A DNA stretch of 64,000 nucleotides from Vicugna vicugna (GCA_013265495.1 MU057865.1:930001-994000), one strand, 5' to 3'. Numbered from the stretch's first letter, positions 23,390 to 37,360 are shown. Notes: generated by a model not told the origin, from the sequence alone. Made by a program: numbers and translations.

Positions 23390-25228
23390 CCACAGGGCTT
23401 GGAGGAGGCACTATCCACCCACCTGCTTTGCCCGAGCACAGCATCTGACTGCGGCATTGGGGGTGGGGGGGAGTGACCTGCCCACCCACTGGCCACAGTG
23501 CCAGAGAGATATGAGCAATATGAAGAAGCAGAGGAACCACTCCCAATTAAAAGATCAAGAGAAATCCCCTGAAAGCACAATCAAGGAAATAGACATTGAT
23601 GGCCTACTAGATCAAGATTTCAAAAAAGGACTGATCAAAGTACTGAAGGAACTAAAAGAAATAGTGTTTAGAGATATAAACTATATCAAAAGTGAAATTG
23701 AAGCTATAAAGAAGAACCGGGTAGAATTAGTAATCTCATTTGCTGAGATGAGAGCTGACCTAAAGGCTGTACAAAGCAGGCTAGATAATGCAGAGGAATG
23801 AATAAGTGACCTAGAAGACAGGACAACAGAAAGCACCCAATCAGAACAGCTGAGAGAAAAACAAATTAAAAAAAAATGAAAACAATATGAGGGACCTATG
23901 GGATAATATAAAGCATGCCACTTTATGCATAATAGGGATTCCAGAAGGGGAAGAAAGAACAAAGGGGATTGAAAAGGTATTTGAAGAAATCATGACTGAA
24001 AACTTCCCAAACCTAAAGAAGGAATCAGATATTCAAGTACAGGAGGCTCAGAGGGTCCCAAACAGGAAGAACCCAAACAGACTCACACCAAGACATCATA
24101 ATCAAGATGGCCAGAGTCAAGAATAAAGAAATGATCCTAAGGCAGCAAGAGAAAAACAAAGAGTGAGTTACAAGGGAACCCCCATAAGGCTTTCAGCTGA
24201 TTTCTCTACATAAACACTACAGGCCAGAAGGGAGTGGCAAGATATATTCAAAGTCCTGAAAGAAAAAAAGATGCAGCCTAGGATACTCTATCCAGCAGGG
24301 CTATACTTTAGAATAGAAGGAGAGATAAAGAACTTCACAGACGAGCAAAAACTAAGAGAGTTTTAAACCCATGCTAAAAGAAATATTGACAGGTCTACTC
24401 TAAATAGAAAAGAAGCAGGATGTTACAGAAATGAGAAACTCATAACTGGAAAGGAGATAACTGCCATGAATTACAAATAGAATAAACACAAAATTGTAAA
24501 AGAAGACATCTAAATCATTAAGAGTAGGAGAGGGAAGCAAGGAAAGCCACTTGTGGAAAACAGTATGGAGATTCTTCAAAAGACTAGGAATAGACTTACC
24601 ATATGACCCAGGAATCCTGTTCCTGGGCATATATCCAGAGGGAACCCTACTTCAAAATGACACCTGCACCCCAATGTTCATAGCAGCACTATTTATAACA
24701 GCCAAGACATGGAAACAGCCTAAATGTCCATCAACAGGTGACTGAATAAAGAAGAGGTGGTATATTTATACAATGGAATACTACTCAGCCATAAAAATCG
24801 ATAACATAATGTCATTTGCAAGAACATGGATATTCCTGGAGAATGTCATTCTAAGTGAAGTAAGCCAGAAAGAGAAAGAAAAATACCATATGTGATCACT
24901 CATATGTGGAATTAAAAAAAAATACAAAACAGAAACAGACTCATAGACATAGAATACAAACTTGTGGTTGCCAAGGGGGTGGGGGTGGGAAGGGGATAGA
25001 TTGGGATTTTAAAATGTAGAATAGATAAACAAGATTATACTGTATAGCACAGGGAAATATATACACAAGATCTTGTGGTAGCTCACAGTGAAAAAAAATG
25101 TGACAATGAATATATGTATGTTCATATATAACTGAAAAACTGTGCTCTACACTGGAATTTTACACAGCATTGTAAAATGACTGTTATTCAATAAAAAAAT
25201 GTTAAAAAGAAAAGAAAAGAAAACAAAA
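23390..25228 (+). mobile_element. Young L1 with large internal deletion: partial 5'UTR, ORF1, about 140 bp of spacer, ORF2 C-terminus, 3'UTR, A-rich tail
   Basis: ORF1 peptides in the ORF track; junction near 24545 to WKTVWRFFKRLGIDLPYDPGILFLGIYP; AATAAA 25190-25195 followed by an A-rich tail. Confidence 0.92.
23511..24403 (+). pseudogene. L1 ORF1p (coiled coil, RRM, CTD), disrupted
   Basis: MSNMKKQRNHSQLKDQEKSPE..., LWDNIKHATLCIIGIPEGEERTKGIEKVFEEIMTENFPNL; premature TGA at 23799-23801 and frameshifts; terminal TAA 24401-24403. Confidence 0.9.
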
Positions 25229-25719
25229 CTATTTCTACATGGAGTCCCAAGTATGCAACCTCTCCCTCAGGCTAAGCAGAGCTATTCATCTTCATATTTT
25301 TACTCTTTAATTATTACCTAATGCTTTCAGTTAGTTTCCTTTGTAATTTATGGTAACTGACATCTGGCCCAGTGCCCTCACAAGATTCCTAATTTTTTTT
25401 TTCTTTTTTTAAGGAAGGGCAGGTTTTGACATGGCAGCTAGTTCCTTTTATTAGTTAAGGATTAAACAGGTCTGTAAAGCGATTTGATCCTTGAGTGGCT
25501 TTGACTCCACCTCAAGCAGAGGACTTCAAACAGGTCTGACTAAGCCACCCTTGACAGACAGATAGGATACACATTGTGTGGGTCTATGACTCACACTGTC
25601 TGTGTGAAAAAGCAAAACAACTTGATCAGGAAAAGCACAACTATTCTTGTTATTGAGACTTCAAAAGAATTTCTCTAATAGAAGGAAGCCCTTAGCTGCA
25701 GTAGGATGGGATGTAGAAG

Positions 25720-25885
25720 GCAGTGGTCCTCCAGTTTAGTAAACAGAAGAATCACTTAAGTCTCTTGCTAAAGTGCAGATTTCTGGGCCCTATCCCTAGA
25801 GATTTTGATTCCCCAGCTCTGGAGCAGATGTCCAAGATCTGTACTCTGAATAAGCATTTTAAATAATTCTTATGAACATTACACA
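25720..25885. mobile_element. MER5-like hAT DNA transposon
   Basis: cagtggtcctc...gaatcact...aaagtgcagatttctgggccc...gattttgatt. Confidence 0.7.
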
Positions 25886-28664
25886 GAGCAGAAATCTTTA
25901 GCAAGAGATGCCCATCAGAGTCTCTGGGAACCCCTTCAGAAGGATATGTGTCTCTCTACGACCTTAGGACTGATCTGTGATCATCTCCAGAAGTAGGACA
26001 GAAGAATCCAAAATGAAGTTGTTCAGGTGATTGTGATACACATTCTAGTAAGTAGGTTGAGAGGAGTGGAACATAGCATCAGGCTAATCCTCGGCTTGCA
26101 CATGCTCTAGGTTACTAAGTAGCCAAGTCCAAATGCTTTAACAGGCATTTACATTTTCAGAGTCGATGACAACTTCCTATGAGAGAAATGGGAGCCTGTA
26201 CTATTGTGTTGTTCATTCTTAATAGACCCAGTGACTTGAACAAGACTCAGTACAACATAGGTCATCAATAAATATTTCTTTAATCTTTAATTAGTTGACC
26301 CTCTGGTGCTCTCATATACCCCTTGTTGTCTCTACCATCTATTCCAGAATGAGTTCACGTAGTTTAAGTTCTCTTATTCAACACACATTTATTAAAGTCC
26401 TACTATATTCCCAGCGCTGTGCAATTATCTGGAATTATATTTATGTGGTAAAAAATAAATAAATAAAAATAAATAAATTAAAAATTAAAAACATAAATGA
26501 CAGAAAAATAATCCAAGAAGCTCATAGCATGGAGACGAGATAAAAAATATAACTGTCATCTAGGAATAGAGTTTTAAATAACCTTGAGCCAATGAATACA
26601 AAGATACCCTTTAATAACATGGCAGAGATCAATGTAAGGCAGCCTCTTTGGGACAGAACATAAAACCTAGAAAATAAGATACATAATCGGTAAAGACATT
26701 GTTTCCATACCAGACCCTGAACAGAATAAATCAGCAAATCATCAAAATCATAGCATGTAGAAATGTGATATTTAAATTGTTAAAAGGATAATAAATTATG
26801 GAACCTCCAAATAATCTATGTTTTCTCCCTTCAAAACTGACAGTAACTGTTTAATAAGTAATATTTAGTAGGCAGTGAAATGTTAGGTCTGGAACACAAC
26901 TCAGAGAAAACATATGATATAATTGGTGTGGGTTCATTATTCTTAAGAAGAAATGCAGAGAATTATTTGAAAATGGTTCATGGTGTACGAAACCTTTTGA
27001 GATCTCACTTCTGTCCATCACCACACATCACTTCAACTTAGCAGTCATACTGAGTCTCTCAAAGTCCCTCAAACACTACATCCCCTCAGGTTCCATGATT
27101 TTTGCTTCTGTTCCTTCTTTTATACAGAGTCCTTTCATCTCATCTTCATCTTACTCCCAATCCTTTTTATCAGCTCACTCCACAAATCAGTCAAAACTCA
27201 GACAGCACCTCTGGGAACTTTTCCTTTATCTATCCAAGGTGGGCACATACATATTTCCTCTATCTGGACCACAGAGTGGGGATGAGTGATAAGACATAAT
27301 CCTAGAGTGATAGGAAGGGGATAGGTAATGGATAGCCTTTTAAGTCTCCTTAACCAATTTGAACCCAAGAAATGGGTAGACACTGAATGATTTCCAGCAA
27401 GACAGAAACATCCCGGACACCTGCACTCCATTCTCCTCTTCACGGTCATGATCACATTCATGTTTTCCTAAAATGCCAGTGAGAATATTTTGAGGATTGT
27501 AATACGAAGCCTATTTAATTAAGCTCAAATACATAATCTTATTGCCAATCTGAGTCTTAATCTCTCATTTCTATCTGCTGAGGGACAATTTCCACCTCAC
27601 TATGGTTTCACAGGATGGGGCTATGCTATGTAAGCTCATTCACATTGTCCTTGCATGGCTCTATTTCACTTAAAAGTGGTTCTCTATCCCTCCTATTCCG
27701 GGATTGAATTTGTTACTGTTATCATAGTTGTTGGAGTGTTGAGAAATCATAAGCTGAAAAGCAGATAACCTACCTAAAATTGTAGTGCTTCTACCCAGGC
27801 AAATAGTTCAGGCTTTCTGAACCTCACTATTATCATCTGCATAACGAAGACTTGAAATAAAAGACTGATACCATGGCCACCAAGAAAGCTACATTTCTGA
27901 TTTTTATAACTACTATTCCTTCATGACCCTCATTCAGCTCTCTAATTTTTTTCAGTTCCATTTATGCCTAATCAAGCCTCCTTTCCAATCTCATTGCTAC
28001 AGTTCCCTGCCTATAGCCCTGACTTCCCATGATCTTACCCTCTATTAAAATTGAAACTATTATTATCTCATCTTTGGGCAATTACACTAGCTTTCACACC
28101 AGGTCTCTTGGTTCTTTTTAGCTTCTGTCTATTTCAAACCAGCTTGTGTACCTTATGTCATTACTCTTGTCAGAAGGATTTCCTTGCTTATAGGATAAAA
28201 TTAAAATCTATGAATTAGATTCTAATCCTTCCAAGAAACGCTGTTCCTTTTCATGTCTTTCATAATTTATACCAACCTCAAAGAAACCAGAAGCTTTTAC
28301 TTGTTATGAAAATATTCTCAATTCCTTCTTTCAGCAGATTGAAGTCCTTTTCATGGGCTAAGTCAGATAATTTTAAATCTCCAGGGATGTCTCCACTGAT
28401 GTGGAATCCCATCCAGGAAAACTGTTTCAATCCTCCATCCTCTTACAGCAGTGATTCTCTCTTCCCTTAGCTTTCCTTTTTTAACAGGAAATAATTGATA
28501 TCCCATATTATCTCTAGAAATGTAATGCTGAGGATGGGTATTGAGGATTGACACATGATAAAACAAGTAATCAACACTTATTTATGTCACAATAGCTCCC
28601 AACTACATCCTGCTTTACAGATTTCAAAAATATAACTTTCAATTAAATAATATACATTATACAT

Positions 28665-28795
28665 TGGGAAGATGCCGTTTGATAAAGAAACTGAGCTTCA
28701 GAGAAGTTATGTGGTTTGCCCAAAGATTCATAGCTAGTAAAGCAGAGCCAACAGTTGAACTCAAATTTCCCAACATGTAAGTTCAGGGTCTTCAT
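28665..28795 (-). mobile_element. MIR fragment
   Basis: gataaagaaactgagcttcagagaagttatgtggtttgcccaaag. Confidence 0.8.
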
Positions 28796-30308
28796 GATAA
28801 TCAGTCCCTATATGTATCAAAGAATTTGCCCTTTTGTATGGAAAGAACTTTTGAGCCCAATGACCTTGCCTTAATCCTTATGTGCTCAGACACTATCACT
28901 GTCCAAAAACATTTCCAGTTGTTCTCTGTTAGAATCTTTGTCTCAGTATCACTTTTTCTCTGAGACTCAATGTCTTTCCTTAAATACCCAGAGTTAGAAG
29001 GCTGAATCCAGACAGTCCCTTGTCTCAAATTTATCATCATCTTCCCCCTTCAAGATACTTCTCACCTGTGAATTTCCTTTTTGGAGTAGCTGATATATGG
29101 TAGTTATATTGGAAAACAGCTGAAACCCAATCACAAAAAGTGTTAATCATTGATTAGATTTATTGTGTTTCACTTCCAGTTTAACTCAATATAATTCAAA
29201 GGAAACAATTTCTTATAAAATGATACTAGATAATTTGGTAAAGAGACAGGGGAGATGTTCTTGGGTGGAATGCCTTTAAATCACATTCATAGTGATTGCC
29301 TATTTGGCCTCAATCTAAAGTCAGACATGGTTTAAATGTTAATTTTTTTCTTTTGTATTTTCAAACAATAGTCTATAGATTGTGCACAAAGATCAAACAG
29401 TTGGGATTTTAAAAGCTTGAAGAATGAGACAGGCTGACTGTATTTTGTGATGGTTTAGGACATTCATACAAAATTTTATCTCAGCAGCAGTAGTCATTGA
29501 CTCTCCACTAACCCGACACCAGCAGGAGAGGGCTCCTTTTCTGCCTAATCAACTTGCTTACAACAGAGCATCATTCTTTCATTTTCTTTATTGTCCTCTC
29601 TTAAAGTACATAACGGTTTGGGGATGGTTGCGTGTGTATTTGGTGGTGAATAATGTGTAGGCAGAGATTGTCCACACTTCAAGTAAAGCTTACTAATTAT
29701 TTAACCCTAATACAAATGAGTTCCTAAGATCTTTTTATTACAGGAAATTTGAGAAAGAAGTCACAAAGCATTAGTAGAGGCAGAAAGAAGTGGTTTGATG
29801 AAATTAAATAAAACAGTTAATAAGGAAGGGAAAATGGGAGACGCTGGAAGAGAACCTTCGCTTTAGCCTTGGGCTGGCAAAATTTCACCACTGATAACAC
29901 GAAATGGTGTCATGAAATCAAGAGGGTGACCCAGAAAATTCTTGTCGAGTAGTATGTTTTCCCTGTTCTATACATCATCTCTGGTTCTTTATTTTCTCTC
30001 AAATAAATTCTCTCTGAGAAAAACACACATTCTAGAAAATAAAATGTTCAAGCTACAAAATGACATCTCAATTACTTGCACATTCAATCATCCTTACAAG
30101 TAAAACAAAACTGATCAATAATGTTTGCTGTGGTGTGCCCCATTAAGCTGCTTTTCTTCCTACTCTATCTCCATAAAGCTCTCTATTCCCAGAAGGACAA
30201 AGATTGAAAGAATAACAAGAAATATATATCAAGGAGAAGGAGAGTACATGGTATGTTAAGTGTCTTTATGCTAATCCCAGTTTATCCCCTTCCAAGTGAA
30301 TAAAATGG

Positions 30309-30310
30309 AA

Positions 30311-30357
<47 letters not shown>

Positions 30358-30358
30358 A
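30309..30358. repeat. (AAAT)n microsatellite
   Basis: About 12 tandem units. Confidence 0.97.
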
Positions 30359-30504
30359 ATGTGTGCTTCTCCTTCACGTCCTTACTTTCCACTCTGGAAA
30401 TTGTCTTTCCTGGGGAGCATTTGGAGGCGACAACAGTTACTGGCTTGATATACCAGACATTTGATTTGATTTCTGTGACCTTTATAAGCTAGCCGTTTTG
30501 ATTG

Positions 30505-30800
30505 TTTGTTTTTAAATTAATTTAAAATTGAACTATAGTTGATTTACACAGTTATGTCAGTTTCAGTGTACCGCATAGTGATTCAGTTTATATATATATT
30601 TGTAACTGAATATGTGTATGTGTATATGTATATATTCTTTTTCAGTTTCTTTTCCCTTTTAGGTTATTACAAGATACTGAGTATAGTTCCCTGAGCTATA
30701 AAGTAGGCCCTTGTTGGTTATCTATTTTATACATAGTAGTGTGTATATGTTAATCTCAAACTTCTAATTTATCCCTCCCCCACATTTTTCCTTTGGTAAT
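30505..30800 (-). mobile_element. L1 3'-end fragment (cetartiodactyl-type 3'UTR)
   Basis: aattgaactatagttgatttac...aggttattacaagatactgagtatagttccctg; homologous to the 3'UTR at 58330-58550. Confidence 0.88.
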
Positions 30801-31894
30801 TTTCTTATCAGTTTTGTTCCTTGTTTTGTTGATTTATCCCTTTAATTATTTGTTATCTTCCTTTTTCTTATTTTTTTTTCTTTTTGTGGGTTAGCATTAT
30901 TGTTTTTTTCCCAATATTTGAGCTGAGTGCCTATTTTGTTTTATTTTCTCTTGTTCCTTATGCATTTCCATCTAAGTTTCTTCTGTGTTCCACAAATTTT
31001 GACAGGTTACGTTTTATTACTATTTATTTCTATGTATTTCTTAATTATTTTATGATTTATTTCTTTTTTTAAACATTTTTTATTTATTTATAATCATTTT
31101 ATTTATATGATTTATTTTTAATGCAAGGGTCATTTAATTATATGCCATTTAATTGCCCTAACATAAAGGATCTATTTATTAGCTGTGCTTTTATTATTTT
31201 CTTTTAATTTTATTGGATTATGATTAAAATATGTAATAATTGTAACACTAACATGTTGAAATGTTGAGGCTTCCTTTATAGCTTGTTATCCTAACTTTTT
31301 GGTAATTAATACATAAACGTTTGAGATGCATAGAAGTTCTCTCATTTGTTTGTGAATATTTATATAGGCAGAGCAATAGCACAAGTTTATTGAATGTTTT
31401 AATATTTAGAACATTAGTTTTAATGCTCTCATACTAAAATATTAAGGTCAATATCCTCCATTAGATCTATGCGATGGGTCTATCTTCCAATCATTTTCAC
31501 TACACAAGGAGCACACTTCTTTCCTAAAGCTATCCTTTCCAGAGCTTTCCTATCCATTTTTCCCCCTTTCTAAAGTATAATCCTTCATTGCATTTTCAGT
31601 GTAGTCTATAATTTTTGTGATTTATATGTCAATTTCTTTTTTTAAACTTTTTTTCTGCAAATACTAAGAATTAAGTAAGTCCATCAAAAAAAAAATCTCA
31701 CTTCTTACAAATCTGACAATATTTTTTTTAAATCTTGTATTTTGTTGATATTTTGATTGAGCATAAAATCCTTGGTTCATGAAGTGGTTTGTTTAGAACA
31801 CTGAACACACTATTTGATGGACCTTTAAGAAACTGTATTACTGATGAGATGTTGGATTTGAACAAGTCCTTCTAATACATGACAGTTATTTTCT

Positions 31895-32005
31895 GCGTAG
31901 CTGAAAAATGGCTCCCAGAGATGTTCACGTCCAGGTCCCTGGGACCCACTGAACAGGTTATTTCACATGGCAAGTGGGCTTTGCGGATGTGATTAGGGTA
32001 ATGAT
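31895..32005 (+). mobile_element. MLT1 (MLT1D-like) LTR 5' fragment
   Basis: aaaatggctcccagagatgttcacgtcc...catggcaag...tttgcggatgtgatta. Confidence 0.75.
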
Positions 32006-32629
32006 GTTTCTTGTTTCTGCTTTTTGGTGTTTTATTTGCTTTTTATTTTTTCCTAGATTTTTAAGGTGGAAGTTGAGGTTAATGATTTGAAAACTTCTTC
32101 TTTTCTAAAACAGTCACTTGTTGCCATAAATCACTAAGTACCTCCTTAATTGCATACCACAAATTTTGATATAGTGAGTTTTTGTTGCTCATCTGTTCAA
32201 AATACTAATTTTGACTAAATTCTAGCTAGGATTAACTAAGTTCTAATTTTTTTTTGTTTCATTTTTTACTCTTGGCTTGTTTATAAATGTGTTATTTAGC
32301 TTACAAATATTTTATATCTTCCCATTATTTTTCTGTTATTTATATCTAACTTAATTGCACTGTGGTTTAAGAATGCACTTTGTATGTCTTGGATCCTTTT
32401 AAATTGATTTAGAGTTGCTTTATGGCCACTTTCTTGGCAGTTCAAAAGCACGTGAACACTTTTAGTGACATTATATATGCATTTTAGACTGCTGCTGTTT
32501 TGGAGTGAAGTGTTCTATAAATAGCAATTAGGTCAAACTGATGAATAATGTTCATATTTTCTATATTCTTAATTTTCTGGCTTACTTGTACTTTTTAGTT
32601 TTGTTTGTTTTTCAGGTCCTCGTCTTTCC

Positions 32630-32890
32630 CTCTTTATTGAGGTATAGTTGACTTACAATATTATGTTAGTTGCAAGTGCACAACGCAGTGATTCAAAAAT
32701 TTGATAGGCTACCTTTCATTTATAGTTATTATAAAATATTGGCTATATTCTCTGTGCTGTACAATATATCCTTGCAGCTTGTTTGGTTTATACATAGTAG
32801 ATCACAGCTCTTAATCCCCTACCCCATCTCACTATTTTTCTCCCCCTCACTTCCTTTTCCCCACTGGTAACCATGAGTTTGTTTTCTATA
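32630..32890 (-). mobile_element. L1 3'-end fragment
   Basis: tttattgaggtatagttgacttacaatattatgttagtt...ccccactggtaacca. Confidence 0.88.
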
Positions 32891-35800
32891 TTTCTTGTCA
32901 TCTTGCATAGCTTCTATTGCTGCATCTTTAGGTAAACTACTTTTTCCGCTTATCTAATTTGCTGATTAATTGTATTTATTGTATTTTTGATCTCTGACAT
33001 CATAATTTTCATCTTTTGGTGCTTGATTGTGTCTTTTTATATTTTCCATGTCTCTACTTACCATGTTTAATTTTTTTTTCTGTCTTCTTGAATATATGGA
33101 ATATAGTTACAATAACCATTTTAATGTCATTTTCTAACAGTTTTTCATCTTTTTAATTTATGGCTCAGTTTTGATGGATCAAGTTTCTTCCTCTTTATGG
33201 ATTGTATTTCCCACGTTCAATGCAGAATAATTTTTTTATTCAAGAAAATTTATTTTTTATGTGACACTTTGTGAATTTTACCTTGTTGGGAGCTGGATAT
33301 TTTTGTGTGTATTGGATGAAGTTATTTGATCATTTCTGATCATGCTTTTTAGGCTTTGCTGGGTAGTACCAAAGCGGCATTTAGTCTAGGCTAATGTTTC
33401 TCCCACTTTTGTGGCAAGAACTTCTTCGTGTTCTAAGAGGTCCCATGAATTATGAAGTTTACCATTCTGGCTGTGGAGAACAGACATCACGCCCAGCTGT
33501 GCATGTGCGTTGATGGTTTGTCTCTTTTACCTTGTTGGCGGCTTTTTTCTCTGGCATTGTGTGATTCCTTCACACACATGCTCTGACCAGTATTCTGCTC
33601 ATTACTCAAGGCGAATCCTCTGCAAGTGTCTTGAGTTCTCCCCCTGTGCCACTTTCTCCTCTCTGGTAATACACTTTTTATTCTCCAGCCGTGTTGACCT
33701 CTCTGAATTCCCAGGTCTGACTCCTTCGCTCTGACAGATAACTAGTCATTGCCTGAGTTTCTCCTGCCTGCATGACAGCCTAGAAATTTTTGCCAAGACA
33801 GTAAACTGAAATAATCTTGCTCTCCTGCCCCCATCTCTGAAATATCACTGTCGCACATTGCCGGGTGACTAATATCTCGAGAACCATAGTTTCTTCTTTT
33901 TGGTTCTTTCATTTTTTTTGTTGTTATTTCATGTGGAAGTTTAAATCCGGTCCCTATTACCCCATTTTGTTGGGAAGGAAAAGTTCTGATTTGGATGCCA
34001 ATAGAAAAACATTTTAATTACTGATGTGCAAATGCGAGTAACAGTTTTATTGGAGGTCATGAAGGCTGTTATCCGTATCATGTCTCCTACCAACATCATT
34101 ATAATGCAAATCAAGGTGACATCCCATCACTCCTACCTGACTAATTAAGACAAGAATGAGGATGTTATAGTTAATTGGTCTTAAATTATCTGTTATCTGT
34201 ACCATCCAAAAATAATAACCTTACGTTGATTGTGGACTCTCCTTCCCTTTAACTTACTCGGTCACTAGAGAAGGCAGATTTATTTTATTATGGCCGGTTA
34301 GGAATCTTCCTATTACATTATAGACAATTAATTGAATTGGCGGAGCACATTGTGGGTTTTTGGGGTTTTTTTTTGGTGTTGATTTCCCACTTTTCAGGAA
34401 CAATACATTTTTTTTCCCTTGTTGCTTTTCTTTCTTTGTCTTCCACTTAATTGCATGTTTCCTCCATAGAGTACAGTGTGGGTTTCAGCCTTACTGTAAA
34501 ATGATTCTTTAATTAGACTTTATCCTTTGATCTTTAGAAAGATAAAACCCATGAGACGTATTAGTGTTCTTGACTGTAGATAGGAGCTCGCCCCTGGTGT
34601 CAGGACAGCACACAGACCTGCCACGCTCAGCACTGACCCACGCAAGGCAAAAACAGCACATAGCGTTGCTGGATGAATCTCTTTCAGGCAGAGAGCAAGG
34701 AGGTCTTGGGGGCGAGAGGTGAGAGCCTCCATATTTGATTCTCACTGACTATGTTTCCTAGTAAAGACAACACAATACTCACCTGAGATGCGAGGCATCT
34801 CCCATTTTAGCATTTAGTGTGATGTCCCTTCTGCACAGAAACACAGTGGGCACTCCTGCAAGGAAGGGAGCTGAGAGGGACCAAGGGTGACATGAATACA
34901 GTTGTCCCCCCAGGAATTCAACAAAGAGAAGAAAACAGATTTTAGTAGGGATTTTCTCTTTCTTTTTCTCTTCTTTTTGTTTTGATTTATTGTTATTATT
35001 TTTGAGGCAGATGGTAATAAATATTAAGTCTGAAACAAAGTAATTAAAACAGCATAAAACTGGACTTCTAAATCCTGTTGTGGTCCATGCATTCCTCGAT
35101 AAGAGAGGATAACAGGAGAAAAGGAGGCAAAGACTTCACTGATAAATGTTTTCATTTACCTCATTTTTTTTTTTTCCTAAAAGTTTAATGAGCTCAGGTT
35201 CTTTGGGCTTTTCTTGTTTGCGTTGGTCCGTTCCCTCAATTCCTAAAGCATTGGGTATCTGTTTCATACCACACAGAAAAGCAGAGGTGTTTTCAGGATT
35301 ACTTAATTAATGAGTTGTTTTTAAAAGATTCAAAGTACTTTAAGAGACTTTAATTTGTTTAATGTATTATAGCAACCACTACGCACTGCCCTTTCCACTA
35401 CTGCAAGCAGTGAATCTTCAGTATAAATCAATCTCAAAACTTGTCTAACTTATTTAAACAAAAGTAATCATTATTTTATTAAATTTTAACAGTTTGACTT
35501 ATTCTATAATATAATTACATTATTTCAATATTCCTAGATAAAAATACAATGAGTAAAGAAAACAATTATTATTTAAATTTCCTATTAAAAATTTTTTACT
35601 TATCCCATAATCATCAACCATTCTCCAATAGCTTTATACACCCCTGAAAAAGAGTGAAAATGTTATAATGATGGACAAAGGTCACGTATCTTTCCTTTGA
35701 GGAGATATTGAGGACACCTGCTGGTATATCTCCACTTTTGAAGACTCTCCAAGAGCTTTGCTTGTTCACTTGCATCCCTCTTCTGATTCTTTGAACCTGT

Positions 35801-36559
35801 TGTGGGCTAAAACGACAAAACTTACTATTTACTAAGTAATGCATTCCTTCCAAAGTGCCTCCAACTTTGTCTCTTATTGTTACGTATCGGTTTAATATGT
35901 GTGACCTTTTCCTCCCCAGCTAGAATGGAGACTCTTAGCAGTGAGTAGTTATTGAGCATGGTGTTCCTTCTTGTTACATGAATGGAAGAGGATTCTGCTG
36001 TGAAATCCACACTGGGAGGTCAAAAATTATTTATTTATGTCAAGTCAAATTTTAGAGTAGGGATAACAGTATTTTATGAAGGCATTATAAGAGTTTTAAC
36101 CAGGAAATTGATTCTCTTCGTCCGAAATGAATCTGACATTTAACAGTGTTACAGCACATGGAGGGCCTCTCTGTTATTTGGCTGACTCAACTCAGCCCAC
36201 GCATTTTTTTCTGGTAACAGATAACACAGAGTTTATGAGGTCCACAGGAATCTGGGAAGCATCTATCCTGAGGAAGCATCCTCAGATGACTAGAAAGAGG
36301 AGAAGAATTTTCAGGGAGTTAGACTGGTTATAAAGAAAGAAAGTGTAGGGTGCTGTAAGAAATAAGGAAGCTTTCATGTGGAGATCTCTGGAGATCTAGG
36401 GTCTGCAGACTGATACCATGTGGGATTCAAAGTGGGGAAGTTGCACCTCAGAGAGTGTACAAGACTTCAAAGCACCTGTGAGATAAACTTCTATTTAACT
36501 CTTAGATAAAACATTAGAAATCTTTTAGTACATTGATTGGCATGTGTGTTCTATCTTGG

Positions 36560-37360
36560 CACCTGTTCAAAAGATGACTCTGGAACCCAATTCCACTTTA
36601 TTCTCTCCAATACCAATAATTCTCCAGATTCCAGAAAAGCTTCCTACAGCTCAACTCAATTCTGACACTATCTACCTAGAGATAGCGTCAGACCCCACAG
36701 GTTAAGAATTCAGTCCTAAAAGGCTGCCTCTCCAACTTCAGACATGAGGCCAAAAACCCAGGTTGTCACCTTGCTTCTGAACTGCTTATAGATTGAGTGC
36801 TCCAAGGTGGTTTTAATTAATTTGCTAGAGTGGCACACAGAACTCAGAGAAATGTTTTACTTACTAGCCTACTGGTTTATTATGAAATGGTGTAACTCAG
36901 GAGCAGCCAAAATGGAAGAGATGCAAGGGGCAAGGTGTGGGGAAATCACAGAGATTTTCTGCCCTCTCTAACCTCCCAGTCTTCCCAAGTATGCAGGTGT
37001 TCACCAACACAGGGTCTCTTTGAACCCCATCCTTTTGGATTTTTTATGGATGCTTCATTATGTAGGCATGACTGACTACATCGTTGGCTACTGGCAATGC
37101 ATCAGCCTCCAGCCCTTCTCCTCTCCCTTGGAGCTCAGAAGTTGGGAACAAAAGTTCCAACCCCACTAATCCCATGGTTAACACCCTGGCAACCAGTCTT
37201 CATCCTTAGATGCAGTCCAAAAGTCACTTCATTAACATAACCAAAAACACCATTACTGCTTCCTCACCAATTAGGAAATTCCAAGGGTTTTAGGAGTTCA
37301 GCATCAGAAACAAATAAAAAGACCAAATACATATTTCTCGTTATAAATCACAATGTCACA
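36560..37360 (-). mobile_element. MER21-like LTR
   Basis: aactcaattctgacactatctacctagagatagcgtcagaccccacaggttaag ... ttataaatcacaatgtcaca. Confidence 0.8.

Larger units (their letters stand above)
30800..33990 (-). mobile_element. Mosaic of old antisense L1M fragments
   Basis: cacaaattttga...; ttaattgcactgtggtt; tctctacttaccatg; T-rich L1 ORF2, ORF1 and 5' remnants. Confidence 0.65.

Noticed and set aside
23373..23390. Possible TSD for the internally deleted L1 (aaaaattcttcctaac vs aaaactatttctac at about 25225)
   Set aside because: Too many mismatches for such a young element
35700..35830. Possible minus-strand exon after cccacaacag
   Set aside because: Weak polypyrimidine tract, poor donor (cag/gtgtcc) and no recognisable peptide
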